Shown here piece after piece: positions 35,094-43,674 of a DNA stretch of 64,000 nucleotides. The stretch spans positions 1,192 through 65,191 of the forward strand of contig CAZBEI010000065.1 in the NCBI GenBank assembly GCA_964490895.1, given 5' to 3'. Both the position numbers and the translations under genes were made by a program. Origin of the DNA: an uncultured Bdellovibrio sp. (GTDB lineage Bacteria; Bdellovibrionota; UBA1018). Under the pieces are notes generated by a model. It was not told the origin of the DNA. It saw nothing but the letters and a program-made list of their open reading frames with translations, and did no database searches. Position 1 is the stretch's first letter; every line of letters starts with the position of its first letter.

Positions 35094-35954
35094 ATGAAAA
35101 TAAAAAGAAACTTATTTTTACTTTTTTTTATATTAAATTTATGTCCCTCAATTGATGCAGCCGAACTTATTTCTAAGTTTGTGAAGGCAGACTTCTCCCA
35201 TTTTCCAATGGGCGATGACATCTGGAAGGGAGCACGCGAAGAAACAATTAAACTCATGGCTCAACCCATGGCCATCCCAAGACCCAAAGAAACAAACACA
35301 TCCGAAATTTATGTCAAAACCTTAAATGATGGAAAATGGATTGCCTTTCGAATCAGGTGGAAAGACACAGAGAAAAACGAAGCAGGTAGGTTGGGTCAGT
35401 TTTCGGATGCACTTGCTCTTGAGTTTCCAGTCAAAAGTAACCTTTCTCCACCTCCGATTTTCATGGGTGCCAAAGATAACCCTGTTCATGTTTTTCATTG
35501 GCGCGCTCAGTATCAGGCAGACAAAGAACGCGGAAAACCCACGATGAAGGATCTTTATCCCAATATGAATGTCGACATTTATCCTATGGAATTTCAGGAC
35601 CAAGGCTACCTCATGGGATTAACCGAAGAAAAAAGAGAAGTCTTCTCACATGGGATGGCAGCAGGAAATCCTCAGTCGTACAGAAAAATCCATGGTGTGG
35701 ATGAGATTTTTGCTGAAGGTTTTGGGAGTAGCTCCGTCATTGAAAACGTTGAGTCAATTGCACAGGGGGCTTGGAAAAATAATGAATGGGATCTCGTTTT
35801 GTCTAGATCGCTTAAGCGCGAAAACGGATCTATTTTAGAGTCTGGAAAAGGGAGCTTTGTAGGTTTTGCTGTTTGGCAGGGAGGCAAAGACGAAGTGGGA
35901 TCTAGAAAATCAGTCACCATGAATTGGACACCCCTTAAGATTCAAGCAGAATAG
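35094..35954 (+). CDS. Gamma subunit, EbdC/NxrC-like periplasmic haem-b protein (ethylbenzene-dehydrogenase gamma family)
   Basis: Signal peptide, 286 aa. Conserved FPMGDDIWKGA..W.A.Y pattern of type II gamma subunits. Gene order matches alpha-beta-gamma-delta. Confidence 0.7.
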   Translation: MKIKRNLFLLFFILNLCPSIDAAELISKFVKADFSHFPMGDDIWKGAREETIKLMAQPMAIPRPKETNTSEIYVKTLNDGKWIAFRIRWKDTEKNEAGRLGQFSDALALEFPVKSNLSPPPIFMGAKDNPVHVFHWRAQYQADKERGKPTMKDLYPNMNVDIYPMEFQDQGYLMGLTEEKREVFSHGMAAGNPQSYRKIHGVDEIFAEGFGSSSVIENVESIAQGAWKNNEWDLVLSRSLKRENGSILESGKGSFVGFAVWQGGKDEVGSRKSVTMNWTPLKIQAE

Positions 35955-35965
35955 GAGTACTTATT

Positions 35966-36649
35966 ATGGAAAATAATTTTGCAAATAAAGTCTCACAGTT
36001 TGTCTTGGCTTCACTTATTACGTCTTACCCAGACACAGCTTTTCCCGATCATCTGTCAAAAATATCTCAAACTGAGCTTGATTGTAGTGAACTCATGGCA
36101 ATGCTCCACTCCTATTGCGAAAGCCAAATCAAATTAGATAACCTCAGGTCTGATTATATTGACATTTTTGATCGAGGAAAAAATCTAAACCCTCTTTATG
36201 AAACAGAATATGAGAGAGAGCGAACACAAGTAAAAGCCACAACGCTTTCAGATATTGCTGGATTTTATAAGGCGTTTGGATTTGACTTCGATGGCACAAG
36301 CTATCCAGAAATGGTGGACCATGTGTCTGTTGAGCTTGAGTTTTATGCCTTGTTGCTCATGAAACAAGCTTATCTTGAAGAAAATAAAACGACAGAGGGT
36401 GTGTCCATAACATTAGATGCTAGGAAAAAATTTCTAAAAGATCACTTGGGTCGCTTTGTTGGTTCCATTGCTGAACGGCCAGGGGTCAAAGAAAACCATT
36501 TTTATTCTCGTGTTTTTGATTGGTGTAAAGATTTGATTCAAACAGAATGCCAAGAACTTGGGGTCAAAGTGATTCCAGCCCAGTGGTTTTCAGTATCACA
36601 AAAGCCGCAAGATTCTGGCGAAATGTGCTGCGGGGATCATAAAAATTGA
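35966..36649 (+). CDS. TorD/NarJ-family redox-enzyme maturation chaperone (delta subunit)
   Basis: 227 aa, all-helical. The DIFDRG..YETEYE..EL.FY..L pattern is typical of the NarJ/TorD family. Confidence 0.65.
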   Translation: MENNFANKVSQFVLASLITSYPDTAFPDHLSKISQTELDCSELMAMLHSYCESQIKLDNLRSDYIDIFDRGKNLNPLYETEYERERTQVKATTLSDIAGFYKAFGFDFDGTSYPEMVDHVSVELEFYALLLMKQAYLEENKTTEGVSITLDARKKFLKDHLGRFVGSIAERPGVKENHFYSRVFDWCKDLIQTECQELGVKVIPAQWFSVSQKPQDSGEMCCGDHKN

Positions 36650-37629
36650 CAAAATTACAAGATCCTTTTGATAGGAAATTTTCTTATCTCCGACTTTCTG
36701 TTACAGATGTCTGTAATTTTAGGTGCGTTTATTGCCTCCCCAAGGGCTATCAAAAACCAAAAAAATCTTTTACTCCTTTAACATTAGTTGAAATCAAAAA
36801 TCTCGTGCTCGCATTTTCTGAGCTAGGTATCACCAAAGTGAGGCTGACCGGTGGAGAGCCCACAACAAGACATGACATTGTCGAAATAGCTCGAGTGATT
36901 TCAGAAATCCAAGGAATAAAAAAAATCGCACTGACCACCAATGGTTATCGTTTAAGTGAACTCGTTCCCCACCTTAAAGCAACGGGTCTGTCCTCCCTCA
37001 ATGTCAGTGTGGACAGCTTAGATCCTGAAAATTTTTCTAGTATTACGGGCAAGCCCTTGCTTCATAAAGTTCTCGACGGGATAAGTCGCGCAATTCAAGT
37101 CGGAATAGCATCAGTAAAAATAAACGTAGTTTATTTGAAAAAAATAAATAGCGCAGAACTTGAGCGATTTTTAGACTGGGCCAAAGAAACCCCTGTCGCT
37201 ATTCGCTTTATTGAGCTCATGGAGACTGGAAAAAATAAAGTATTATTTCAATCCCATCACCTCTCATTAGGAGAAATTCAATTTTACCTTTTAAAGTCGG
37301 GCTGGAGTTTAATCCCAAAAGAAACTGACAGTGGGCCCGCCTGGGAGTACTGCCACCCAGAGTATAGGGGTCAAATTGGAGTCATTGCTCCCTACTCAAA
37401 AGATTTTTGCCAGTCTTGCAACCGGCTACGCATTTCTTCTCAAGGCGAACTCAAACTCTGTCTTTTTGGTGAAAAAAATTACTCTTTGCGCCACCTCCTC
37501 CAATCGCAAAAATATAAAGAAGAGCTCAAATCAACAATCCAACATTTGATCTATCAGAAACCCATTTCACATTTCTTACACGAGGGAAAATATGGAAACA
37601 CATGGAATCTATCCTCCATCGGAGGATAA
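36646..37629 (+). CDS. moaA: GTP 3',8-cyclase MoaA (radical SAM)
   Basis: CNFRCVYC radical-SAM motif and a C-terminal CQSCNRLR..G cluster. Confidence 0.85.
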   Translation: MTKLQDPFDRKFSYLRLSVTDVCNFRCVYCLPKGYQKPKKSFTPLTLVEIKNLVLAFSELGITKVRLTGGEPTTRHDIVEIARVISEIQGIKKIALTTNGYRLSELVPHLKATGLSSLNVSVDSLDPENFSSITGKPLLHKVLDGISRAIQVGIASVKINVVYLKKINSAELERFLDWAKETPVAIRFIELMETGKNKVLFQSHHLSLGEIQFYLLKSGWSLIPKETDSGPAWEYCHPEYRGQIGVIAPYSKDFCQSCNRLRISSQGELKLCLFGEKNYSLRHLLQSQKYKEELKSTIQHLIYQKPISHFLHEGKYGNTWNLSSIGG

Positions 37630-38602
37630 CTCTTCGCAAATGGTGGATGTTAGCTCAAAAGACATCACCTTACGCAAAGCGCGTGCAACAGGAAGAATTC
37701 AAGTTTCTCTAGAAATCATAGAAAAAATCAAATCAAACACAATTCCAAAGGGAGATGTTTTTAGAGTGGCAGAAGTCGCTGGCATTCTTGCTGCCAAAAA
37801 AACTCCAGAGATCATCCCCCTTTGCCATCCCATCCTTATTGAGTCTGTTCGAATCCATTGCGAAATAAAAACGCCACATGCGATAGAAGTGACCTCCGAA
37901 GTCATAGCCCAAGCCAAAACAGGTGTTGAAATGGAAGCTTTGGTGGCCGTGCAAGCGGCACTGCTGTGCATTTATGACATGACAAAGGGGCTTTATCCCT
38001 ACGCTACCATCGAAGACGTTCATGTTGTATCTAAAACGGGTGGAAAATCGGAACATTGGCCAAACCCTAAAAACAACACACAACAATTAGATATAAAAGT
38101 TGGGATCCTGACCGTGAGTGACCGTTGTTCAAAAGGCAAACAAGAAGACAAATCCGGAAAAACAATTGAGTGTTTTTTTACTGAAACAAACTCTACTCTC
38201 ATCGGGAGTCTCATCGTACCAGACGATGTGGGCAAAATTCAAAGTGCCATCAAAAATTTAGCATTTGAGGAAAAAGCAGACCTCATTATCACAACAGGTG
38301 GGACTGGACTCGGCCCTCGAGATCAAACTCCTTTAGCGCTACAGACGCTTTGGACAAAGCCCTTGCCAGGAGTTGGAGAACTCTTAAGGAGTAAAGGTTC
38401 GCTACACACTCCACTTTCTTGGCTGAGCCAAATGGAGGCTGGATTGATCGAAAATACCCTGGTGGTCTCCCTACCAGGCAGCCCAAAGGCTGTAAAAGAG
38501 TCCCTAGATATTTTGAGCCCCTTACTGGTGCATATTTTTGACATGATTCGCGGAGAGAATCATGAAGGTAAAATGATTCGCGGAGAGAATCATGAAACTT
38601 AA
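37592..38602 (+). CDS. moaC: Bifunctional MoaC (cyclic pyranopterin monophosphate synthase) and MogA/MoaB-like molybdopterin adenylyltransferase fusion
   Basis: N-terminal half has MVDVSSKDITLRKARA..EIIPLCHP (MoaC). C-terminal half has GILTVSDR..IITTGGTGLGPRD (MogA/MoaB). Confidence 0.75.
   Translation: METHGIYPPSEDNSSQMVDVSSKDITLRKARATGRIQVSLEIIEKIKSNTIPKGDVFRVAEVAGILAAKKTPEIIPLCHPILIESVRIHCEIKTPHAIEVTSEVIAQAKTGVEMEALVAVQAALLCIYDMTKGLYPYATIEDVHVVSKTGGKSEHWPNPKNNTQQLDIKVGILTVSDRCSKGKQEDKSGKTIECFFTETNSTLIGSLIVPDDVGKIQSAIKNLAFEEKADLIITTGGTGLGPRDQTPLALQTLWTKPLPGVGELLRSKGSLHTPLSWLSQMEAGLIENTLVVSLPGSPKAVKESLDILSPLLVHIFDMIRGENHEGKMIRGENHET
38543..38602. repeat. 30-bp tandem duplication (atgattcgcggagagaatcatgaa + 6 nt) at the moaC-mogA / transporter junction
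   Basis: Two adjacent 30-bp units with 26/30 identity. Each carries GGAGAG-N4-ATG. The first gives the mini-ORF MKVK; the second is the transporter start. Confidence 0.8.
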
Positions 38603-39683
38603 ATGGCTATCCAATCAATTTCTTGGAGCCTTTTCTGACGGAGCGATTTTGATTCCTATGATCGCTGTGCTCTCTGCAAAGTCTGGATATAATATTAAAA
38701 CTCTACTCTTCAGTGCAGGGATTATTTATTGTGTGAGTGGAGCTTATTTTAAAATCCCAATGGCTGTGCAACCTCTAAAATCACTGGTGATCACGGCTCT
38801 TGCAATTCAAGCAAGTCTCACCGAAATTAGGCTAGTGGGAGCATTGATTGGACTACTTTGCCTGTTTTTGACTCTCTTTGATGCCAATGCACTTGCTAAA
38901 AAAGTACCCATTGAGCTGATACACGGGCTCCAAGTAGCATTGGGTGTTTTACTTATTTTACAAGGGTTTAGAGCTATCCACACAGAAGTGCTTGTTGTTT
39001 TAGTTGTTTTAGTTATTATTTACTATTTCTTCGAATTTCCGATTTTAGGCGTATTGGCTTGCCTTGGAATTTTATTCTCTTTCACACGCACACTACCCAT
39101 CCCTGGCAGCACAATCAATATAAACGGAAGTGAGTTTAGATTTTCAGTTATTATTTCACTTTTACTTCCGCAAATAATTCTGACACTCAGCAATTCAGTC
39201 ATTGGAACGTATCACGTTTCACAGTACTATTTTCCAAAAGGGGCAAGCAAAGTAACTCCCAAACGACTTTTAACTTCGATTGGGATTGGAAACATTTTGA
39301 CAGCCTTATTTGCGGGTCTCCCCTTTTGTCATGGCTCTGGTGGAATTACGGCACATTACTTGGGTGGAGCCAGACATTACATTTCAAACTTTATTGTAGG
39401 CTTTTTTCTAATTGGAGTATTCATTTTTCTCCAATTTTCTAAAAATTATTTTACCTTTCACTATCCTCCCATTCTTTTGTCAAGCTTGCTCATATCAGTA
39501 GGAGTTTTTCATATCAAATTAGCAAAAGAGACTTGGATTAAAAAAGAAAATGGCAAACCAACCCTCATGCTGATGGCTCTTACTGCACTGACAACACAAA
39601 ACTTACTCTACGCACTGGGGATTGGAATATTTCTAGAACTCATCAGTAAACGGATCTATAAATTGACAGGAGCACGCTCATGA
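38592..39683 (+). CDS. Polytopic membrane transporter embedded in the Moco cluster (possible molybdate/sulfate-family permease)
   Basis: 363 aa, about 10 TM helices. Position between mogA and moeA suggests molybdate uptake; family not securely identified. Confidence 0.5.
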   Translation: MKLKWLSNQFLGAFSDGAILIPMIAVLSAKSGYNIKTLLFSAGIIYCVSGAYFKIPMAVQPLKSLVITALAIQASLTEIRLVGALIGLLCLFLTLFDANALAKKVPIELIHGLQVALGVLLILQGFRAIHTEVLVVLVVLVIIYYFFEFPILGVLACLGILFSFTRTLPIPGSTININGSEFRFSVIISLLLPQIILTLSNSVIGTYHVSQYYFPKGASKVTPKRLLTSIGIGNILTALFAGLPFCHGSGGITAHYLGGARHYISNFIVGFFLIGVFIFLQFSKNYFTFHYPPILLSSLLISVGVFHIKLAKETWIKKENGKPTLMLMALTALTTQNLLYALGIGIFLELISKRIYKLTGARS

Positions 39684-40939
39684 TCACTTATGCACAAGCT
39701 TTAGAGATCATCTATGAAGCTGGAAATAAAAAAATATTAGGAACAGAAAAAATTTCAATAGAACTATCCATCGGAAGAGTCTTAGCGGAATCCATTTATA
39801 GCCCAGAGGATCTGCCAGGATTTGACAACTCAGCGATGGATGGTTTTTGTGTTGTCTCAAAAGAGACTCTCACCGCAAGTCAAGCTCACCCCATTGAGCT
39901 TTCAATTTTAGATACAATTGCAGCAGGGGACTCCAAGAAATTTGATCCAAGCACATTGGCTGAAAATCTTATCTGCTTCGAAATCATGACCGGAGCTCCT
40001 CTTCCTCATACGCAGTTTGATGCAGTGGTTAAGGTAGAAGATGTAAAGCGGTTGGGAAATAAAATCATATTGACCCGACCCATTCTCAGCAAAGAAAATG
40101 TTCGACATCAAGGTTCCGATACTCAGATGGGAACTTTAATCCTTGGATCTGGGACTCCACTCTCGCACCAACACTTACTCATGCTCGCAGCACTGGGCAT
40201 AAGCGAAGTTTCTGTATTTAAAAAGCTAAAACTAGCCCTTATTTCAACTGGAAAAGAACTGGCTCATTATACCGAAAAGGAGTTAAAACCAGGACAAATT
40301 AGAAATTCTACAGCGCCCTATTTATTGAGCCTACTAAACTCTCTGGGGTTTAACGTGACCTATATAGGAAACATCCAAGATGATCCGGGTTACTTCAAAA
40401 AAAAATGTGACAAAATTATTTTTGATGATTTTGATATTCTTCTTACAACGGGTGCTGTCTCTGTAGGGAAATTTGATTTCATCAAAGAAGTATTAACTCA
40501 AATGAAGACAGAAATTCTATTTCACAAATCTGCTATTCGACCTGGCAAGCCTATTCTGTTTGGCGAATTTTGCCACCTTGCCAGTCATCACTCTGTGTTT
40601 TTTGGGATGCCTGGAAATCCAATCTCAACGGCAGTTGGGGTGAGGTTTTTTTTAATTCCCTACCTGCGTTGTATCACAAAACAACCCATGGAGGCGCCTC
40701 TTTTGATTGAGCTTGAAAACGAAGTGAGAAAACCCAAAGACCTGCGCTGTTTTTATAAAGCTAAACTCACTATTGTCTCCTCAAAAGCTAAGGTGACTGT
40801 TTTACCTGGACAGGCCTCGTTTATGGTCAGCCCACTCTTAGAGTCAAGCGCTTGGGCTGTTCTTCCAGATAGCAAAGAGGTGTTCGAGCCTGGAGAAAAA
40901 ATCGATGTTTATCCATTATTACCCCAAACCTATTTTTAA
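39680..40939 (+). CDS. moeA: Molybdopterin molybdotransferase MoeA
   Basis: 419 aa. PGFDNSAMDGFCV and GGVSVG blocks. Confidence 0.85.
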   Translation: MITYAQALEIIYEAGNKKILGTEKISIELSIGRVLAESIYSPEDLPGFDNSAMDGFCVVSKETLTASQAHPIELSILDTIAAGDSKKFDPSTLAENLICFEIMTGAPLPHTQFDAVVKVEDVKRLGNKIILTRPILSKENVRHQGSDTQMGTLILGSGTPLSHQHLLMLAALGISEVSVFKKLKLALISTGKELAHYTEKELKPGQIRNSTAPYLLSLLNSLGFNVTYIGNIQDDPGYFKKKCDKIIFDDFDILLTTGAVSVGKFDFIKEVLTQMKTEILFHKSAIRPGKPILFGEFCHLASHHSVFFGMPGNPISTAVGVRFFLIPYLRCITKQPMEAPLLIELENEVRKPKDLRCFYKAKLTIVSSKAKVTVLPGQASFMVSPLLESSAWAVLPDSKEVFEPGEKIDVYPLLPQTYF

Positions 40940-40959
40940 ATTAAGCCAAGGAAAATAAA

Positions 40960-41226
40960 ATGATTAAAATAAAATTTCAATTTTTTGGTCTGTTAAAAAA
41001 GCAAATTCCAGCTCCTTTTATCGAAATGGAAGTCGAAGAAGGAATAAAACTAAACCAACTCGTCACAAGGCTTCTCAATGTATTAAAAAACGAAGGACAC
41101 TGCTTACTCAATATCTCTACTCTTGACGAGTGCGCTATTGCCAACGAATCAAGAGTACTAGATAAAAATGAAGCAATCCATGAGAGCTGCACTCTTTCAC
41201 TTTTGCCGCCAGTTTGTGGAGGTTAA
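40960..41226 (+). CDS. moaD: Molybdopterin synthase sulfur-carrier subunit MoaD-like
   Basis: 88 aa ending in Gly-Gly (VCGG). Confidence 0.65.
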   Translation: MIKIKFQFFGLLKKQIPAPFIEMEVEEGIKLNQLVTRLLNVLKNEGHCLLNISTLDECAIANESRVLDKNEAIHESCTLSLLPPVCGG

Positions 41227-41273
41227 GTATTTTGTTTAAATATAAAATAAAAATAACAAAAAAGCCGATAGAA

Positions 41274-41732
41274 ATGAGTAAAATCCTAGAGGAACTTCAA
41301 GACCCACGGAGTGGGGCCTCGACGCTCTTTGTTGGCTCTGTTCGCAATCAGAATCTCGGGCGAGTTGTAAAATCCGTTCACTACGAAGCTTTTGTTCCAC
41401 TTGCACTTAAAACCCTTGTTTTGATTTGTAAAAATGCAAAAAAACAGTTTAGCCCCAATAAAGAACTTCTTAAAATCGCCATCGTTCATCGGTTAGGAAA
41501 ACTCAGTGTTGGTGAAATGAGTGTCGCAATTGGCGTGGCAACGAAACATCGCGACGAGTCGTACAAAATATCGAGATTCATTATTGAAGAACTAAAAAAA
41601 CAGGTCCCCATTTGGAAAAAAGAACATTATGTAGACGGAGAAAGCGAGTGGCTTAAAGGACATGCACTTTGCAACAAAAACCATCGGCGTCGTGCTCATG
41701 GGCGGTCAATCGAGCAGAATGAAGTCTCCTAA
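41274..41732 (+). CDS. moaE: Molybdopterin synthase catalytic subunit MoaE
   Basis: Start taken at MSKILEEL; the track ORF starts at 41214. GASTLFVGSVRN and VAIGVATKHR blocks. Confidence 0.7.
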   Translation: MSKILEELQDPRSGASTLFVGSVRNQNLGRVVKSVHYEAFVPLALKTLVLICKNAKKQFSPNKELLKIAIVHRLGKLSVGEMSVAIGVATKHRDESYKISRFIIEELKKQVPIWKKEHYVDGESEWLKGHALCNKNHRRRAHGRSIEQNEVS

Positions 41733-42270
41733 GGAGGATCTCATCTTTCAAGGAAAAAAATGGATTGACCACCAACTCAGCACTCTTACAAAGACCCTCA
41801 AAGGGATTCCATCCTTTGTCGTTGTCAGTGGCAAACCAAAAGGCTACCCCTCAGTCAAAGATATCAAAAAAAACCTGGGACCGCTGGGTGGGATATATTC
41901 TGTGCTCAGAAATTTTTACCCTATTCTAAAGAATAGCTCTATTCTCTTTATTCCAATTGACATGCCATTTCTTTCCGAAAAATCACTCAAAAAATTAATT
42001 CAAGCTCCTGTGACTCAAAATATTGATTACATAGGTTTTAAATCATACGAACTTCCTTTTTTATTAAAAATATCTGAAAAAACAGTCAAATTGGCACAGT
42101 CCTTTTGTGATGACTCAATCTGCTCTCGCGATCGCTCGATCAAAAAATTTCTGGCGTGTTTGAATTCGCGTATCATTGGTGTTCCAAAACAACTGCAGTT
42201 TGAGTTCTGCAATATCAACACTCCCGAGGAATGGAAGCTACTTTATGAACATTCGATTATCTCCGAATGA
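41662..42270 (+). CDS. mobA: Molybdenum cofactor guanylyltransferase MobA
   Basis: N-terminal GVVLMGGQSSRM nucleotide-binding motif. Confidence 0.7.
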   Translation: MHFATKTIGVVLMGGQSSRMKSPKEDLIFQGKKWIDHQLSTLTKTLKGIPSFVVVSGKPKGYPSVKDIKKNLGPLGGIYSVLRNFYPILKNSSILFIPIDMPFLSEKSLKKLIQAPVTQNIDYIGFKSYELPFLLKISEKTVKLAQSFCDDSICSRDRSIKKFLACLNSRIIGVPKQLQFEFCNINTPEEWKLLYEHSIISE

Positions 42271-42619
42271 AATTCGATTTCGTTTTAAAAAAAATGAGCT
42301 TGAGAATCTATTAAAAACAGAAAAAATCGAAGAGACTCTCTTCTTTTCCAGAGAAATGGGTTTTAGTTACTGTGTTTTAATGAAACGAAATATTTCAGAA
42401 ATGGAGCTTTGTTTGTACCCCAATCAATTTGTATTGCATATCCATCCTCATCAGATAGAAACGTTATTAAACCAAGATCTAAGAAAAAACTCAGGTCTGT
42501 TTCAGGAAATTTATAGGGACGAAACAAATGTGTTAAAACTAAAAGTCGAGATTGATTTAGATCCTCACCCTTTTTCGAGGGGGCCTTTCCAGGCCGAAAA
42601 GCCGCCCTCAAGCGAATAG
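42245..42619 (+). CDS. Hypothetical small protein at the end of the Moco operon
   Basis: About 124 aa from MNIRLSPN. No recognised domain. Its 3' end overlaps the convergent moeB by 55 bp. Confidence 0.3.
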   Translation: MNIRLSPNEIRFRFKKNELENLLKTEKIEETLFFSREMGFSYCVLMKRNISEMELCLYPNQFVLHIHPHQIETLLNQDLRKNSGLFQEIYRDETNVLKLKVEIDLDPHPFSRGPFQAEKPPSSE

Positions 42620-43668
42620 ACATCTAGAATTCCCTTATTTTTTATGTCTAAAACAAGTTTTTTTGAGCTATTCCCTACTCCACAATAAAAGACATATTTT
42701 TTACCTAAATAGTGTATATTTTTAAGTTGCTCGTCATTGAGACAGAGAGACCCTGGGATACGACCCAACTTCCATTCGAGAGGACTTCTGAGATCAATCA
42801 AGACCAGGTGTTCTGTTTGCATGAGTGCAGTCAATTCTTTTTGTGCCAGTTCAAGGTTTTGAGTCTGAAATACCTCCAAAGGACTCTGCATTTTGCTTTG
42901 ACCTATATTTTGAAAAGAACAAGTCGTACAATTTGAATTTTTTTGAGTTTTAAAAATTGAAAAATTCATAGTTTGAGTGTCCATCACAAGAAGCTTATTT
43001 AATAATAATTCAAAAGGTGCTGGAGGACTGTCTTGAGACAAAATCCATTTTAAAGTTTCCAGGGCTAGTATAGATCCTAGGATACCTGCCACAGGACCTA
43101 AAATTCCAGTTTCAGAGCAATTAGGGACCCCTTCCTTTGGAGGCTCTGGGTAAAGACAACGGTAACAATTTCCTTTTCCGCCTCCTTTTTCTGGCCAAAA
43201 CAGCGACGCTCTCACCTCAAATTGGGAGAGAGCGCCGAAAACCCAAGGGGTATTCATTTTTGTGCAATAGTCATTGATTAAATATTTAGTGTCAAAGTTA
43301 TCTGTGCCATCAATAACAATATCATAACCAGAAAAGACATCCGCTACATTTTGTGAACTCAGCAAGTCCGGGTAAGTTTGAATTTCGACTTTAGAGTTGA
43401 GTTGAGTGAGTTTTTCTTTTGCAACCTCAGTTTTTAATTCTCCCTGATCTGATTCAGAATATAAAACTTGTCGATTTAAGTTTGATCTATCCACACGATC
43501 AAAATCTACTAGACCTATTTTTCCAATACCTGCTGCAACTAAATATTGAGATGCGGGCACGCCTAAGCCACCCACCCCAACACAAAGTACTTTAGCTTTC
43601 GAAATTTTTTCCTGGCCTTTTTCTCCTACCTCTTTGAGTAGAATTTGTTTTATGTAGCGCTGATCCAT
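42565..43668 (-). CDS. moeB: MoeB/ThiF-type adenylyltransferase with C-terminal rhodanese domain (MoeZ-like)
   Basis: GVGGLGVPASQYLVAAGIG nucleotide-binding fold, CxxC pairs, and a C-terminal rhodanese-like region with active-site Cys (YCGVGN). Confidence 0.75.
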   Translation of the reverse strand: MDQRYIKQILLKEVGEKGQEKISKAKVLCVGVGGLGVPASQYLVAAGIGKIGLVDFDRVDRSNLNRQVLYSESDQGELKTEVAKEKLTQLNSKVEIQTYPDLLSSQNVADVFSGYDIVIDGTDNFDTKYLINDYCTKMNTPWVFGALSQFEVRASLFWPEKGGGKGNCYRCLYPEPPKEGVPNCSETGILGPVAGILGSILALETLKWILSQDSPPAPFELLLNKLLVMDTQTMNFSIFKTQKNSNCTTCSFQNIGQSKMQSPLEVFQTQNLELAQKELTALMQTEHLVLIDLRSPLEWKLGRIPGSLCLNDEQLKNIHYLGKKYVFYCGVGNSSKKLVLDIKNKGILDVYSLEGGFSAWKGPLEKG

Positions 43669-43674
43669 ACTTTT

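Noticed and set aside
36646-36760. Possible Moco riboswitch upstream of moaA
   Set aside because: moaA overlaps the delta-subunit gene by 4 nt, so there is no untranslated leader in which a riboswitch could sit.
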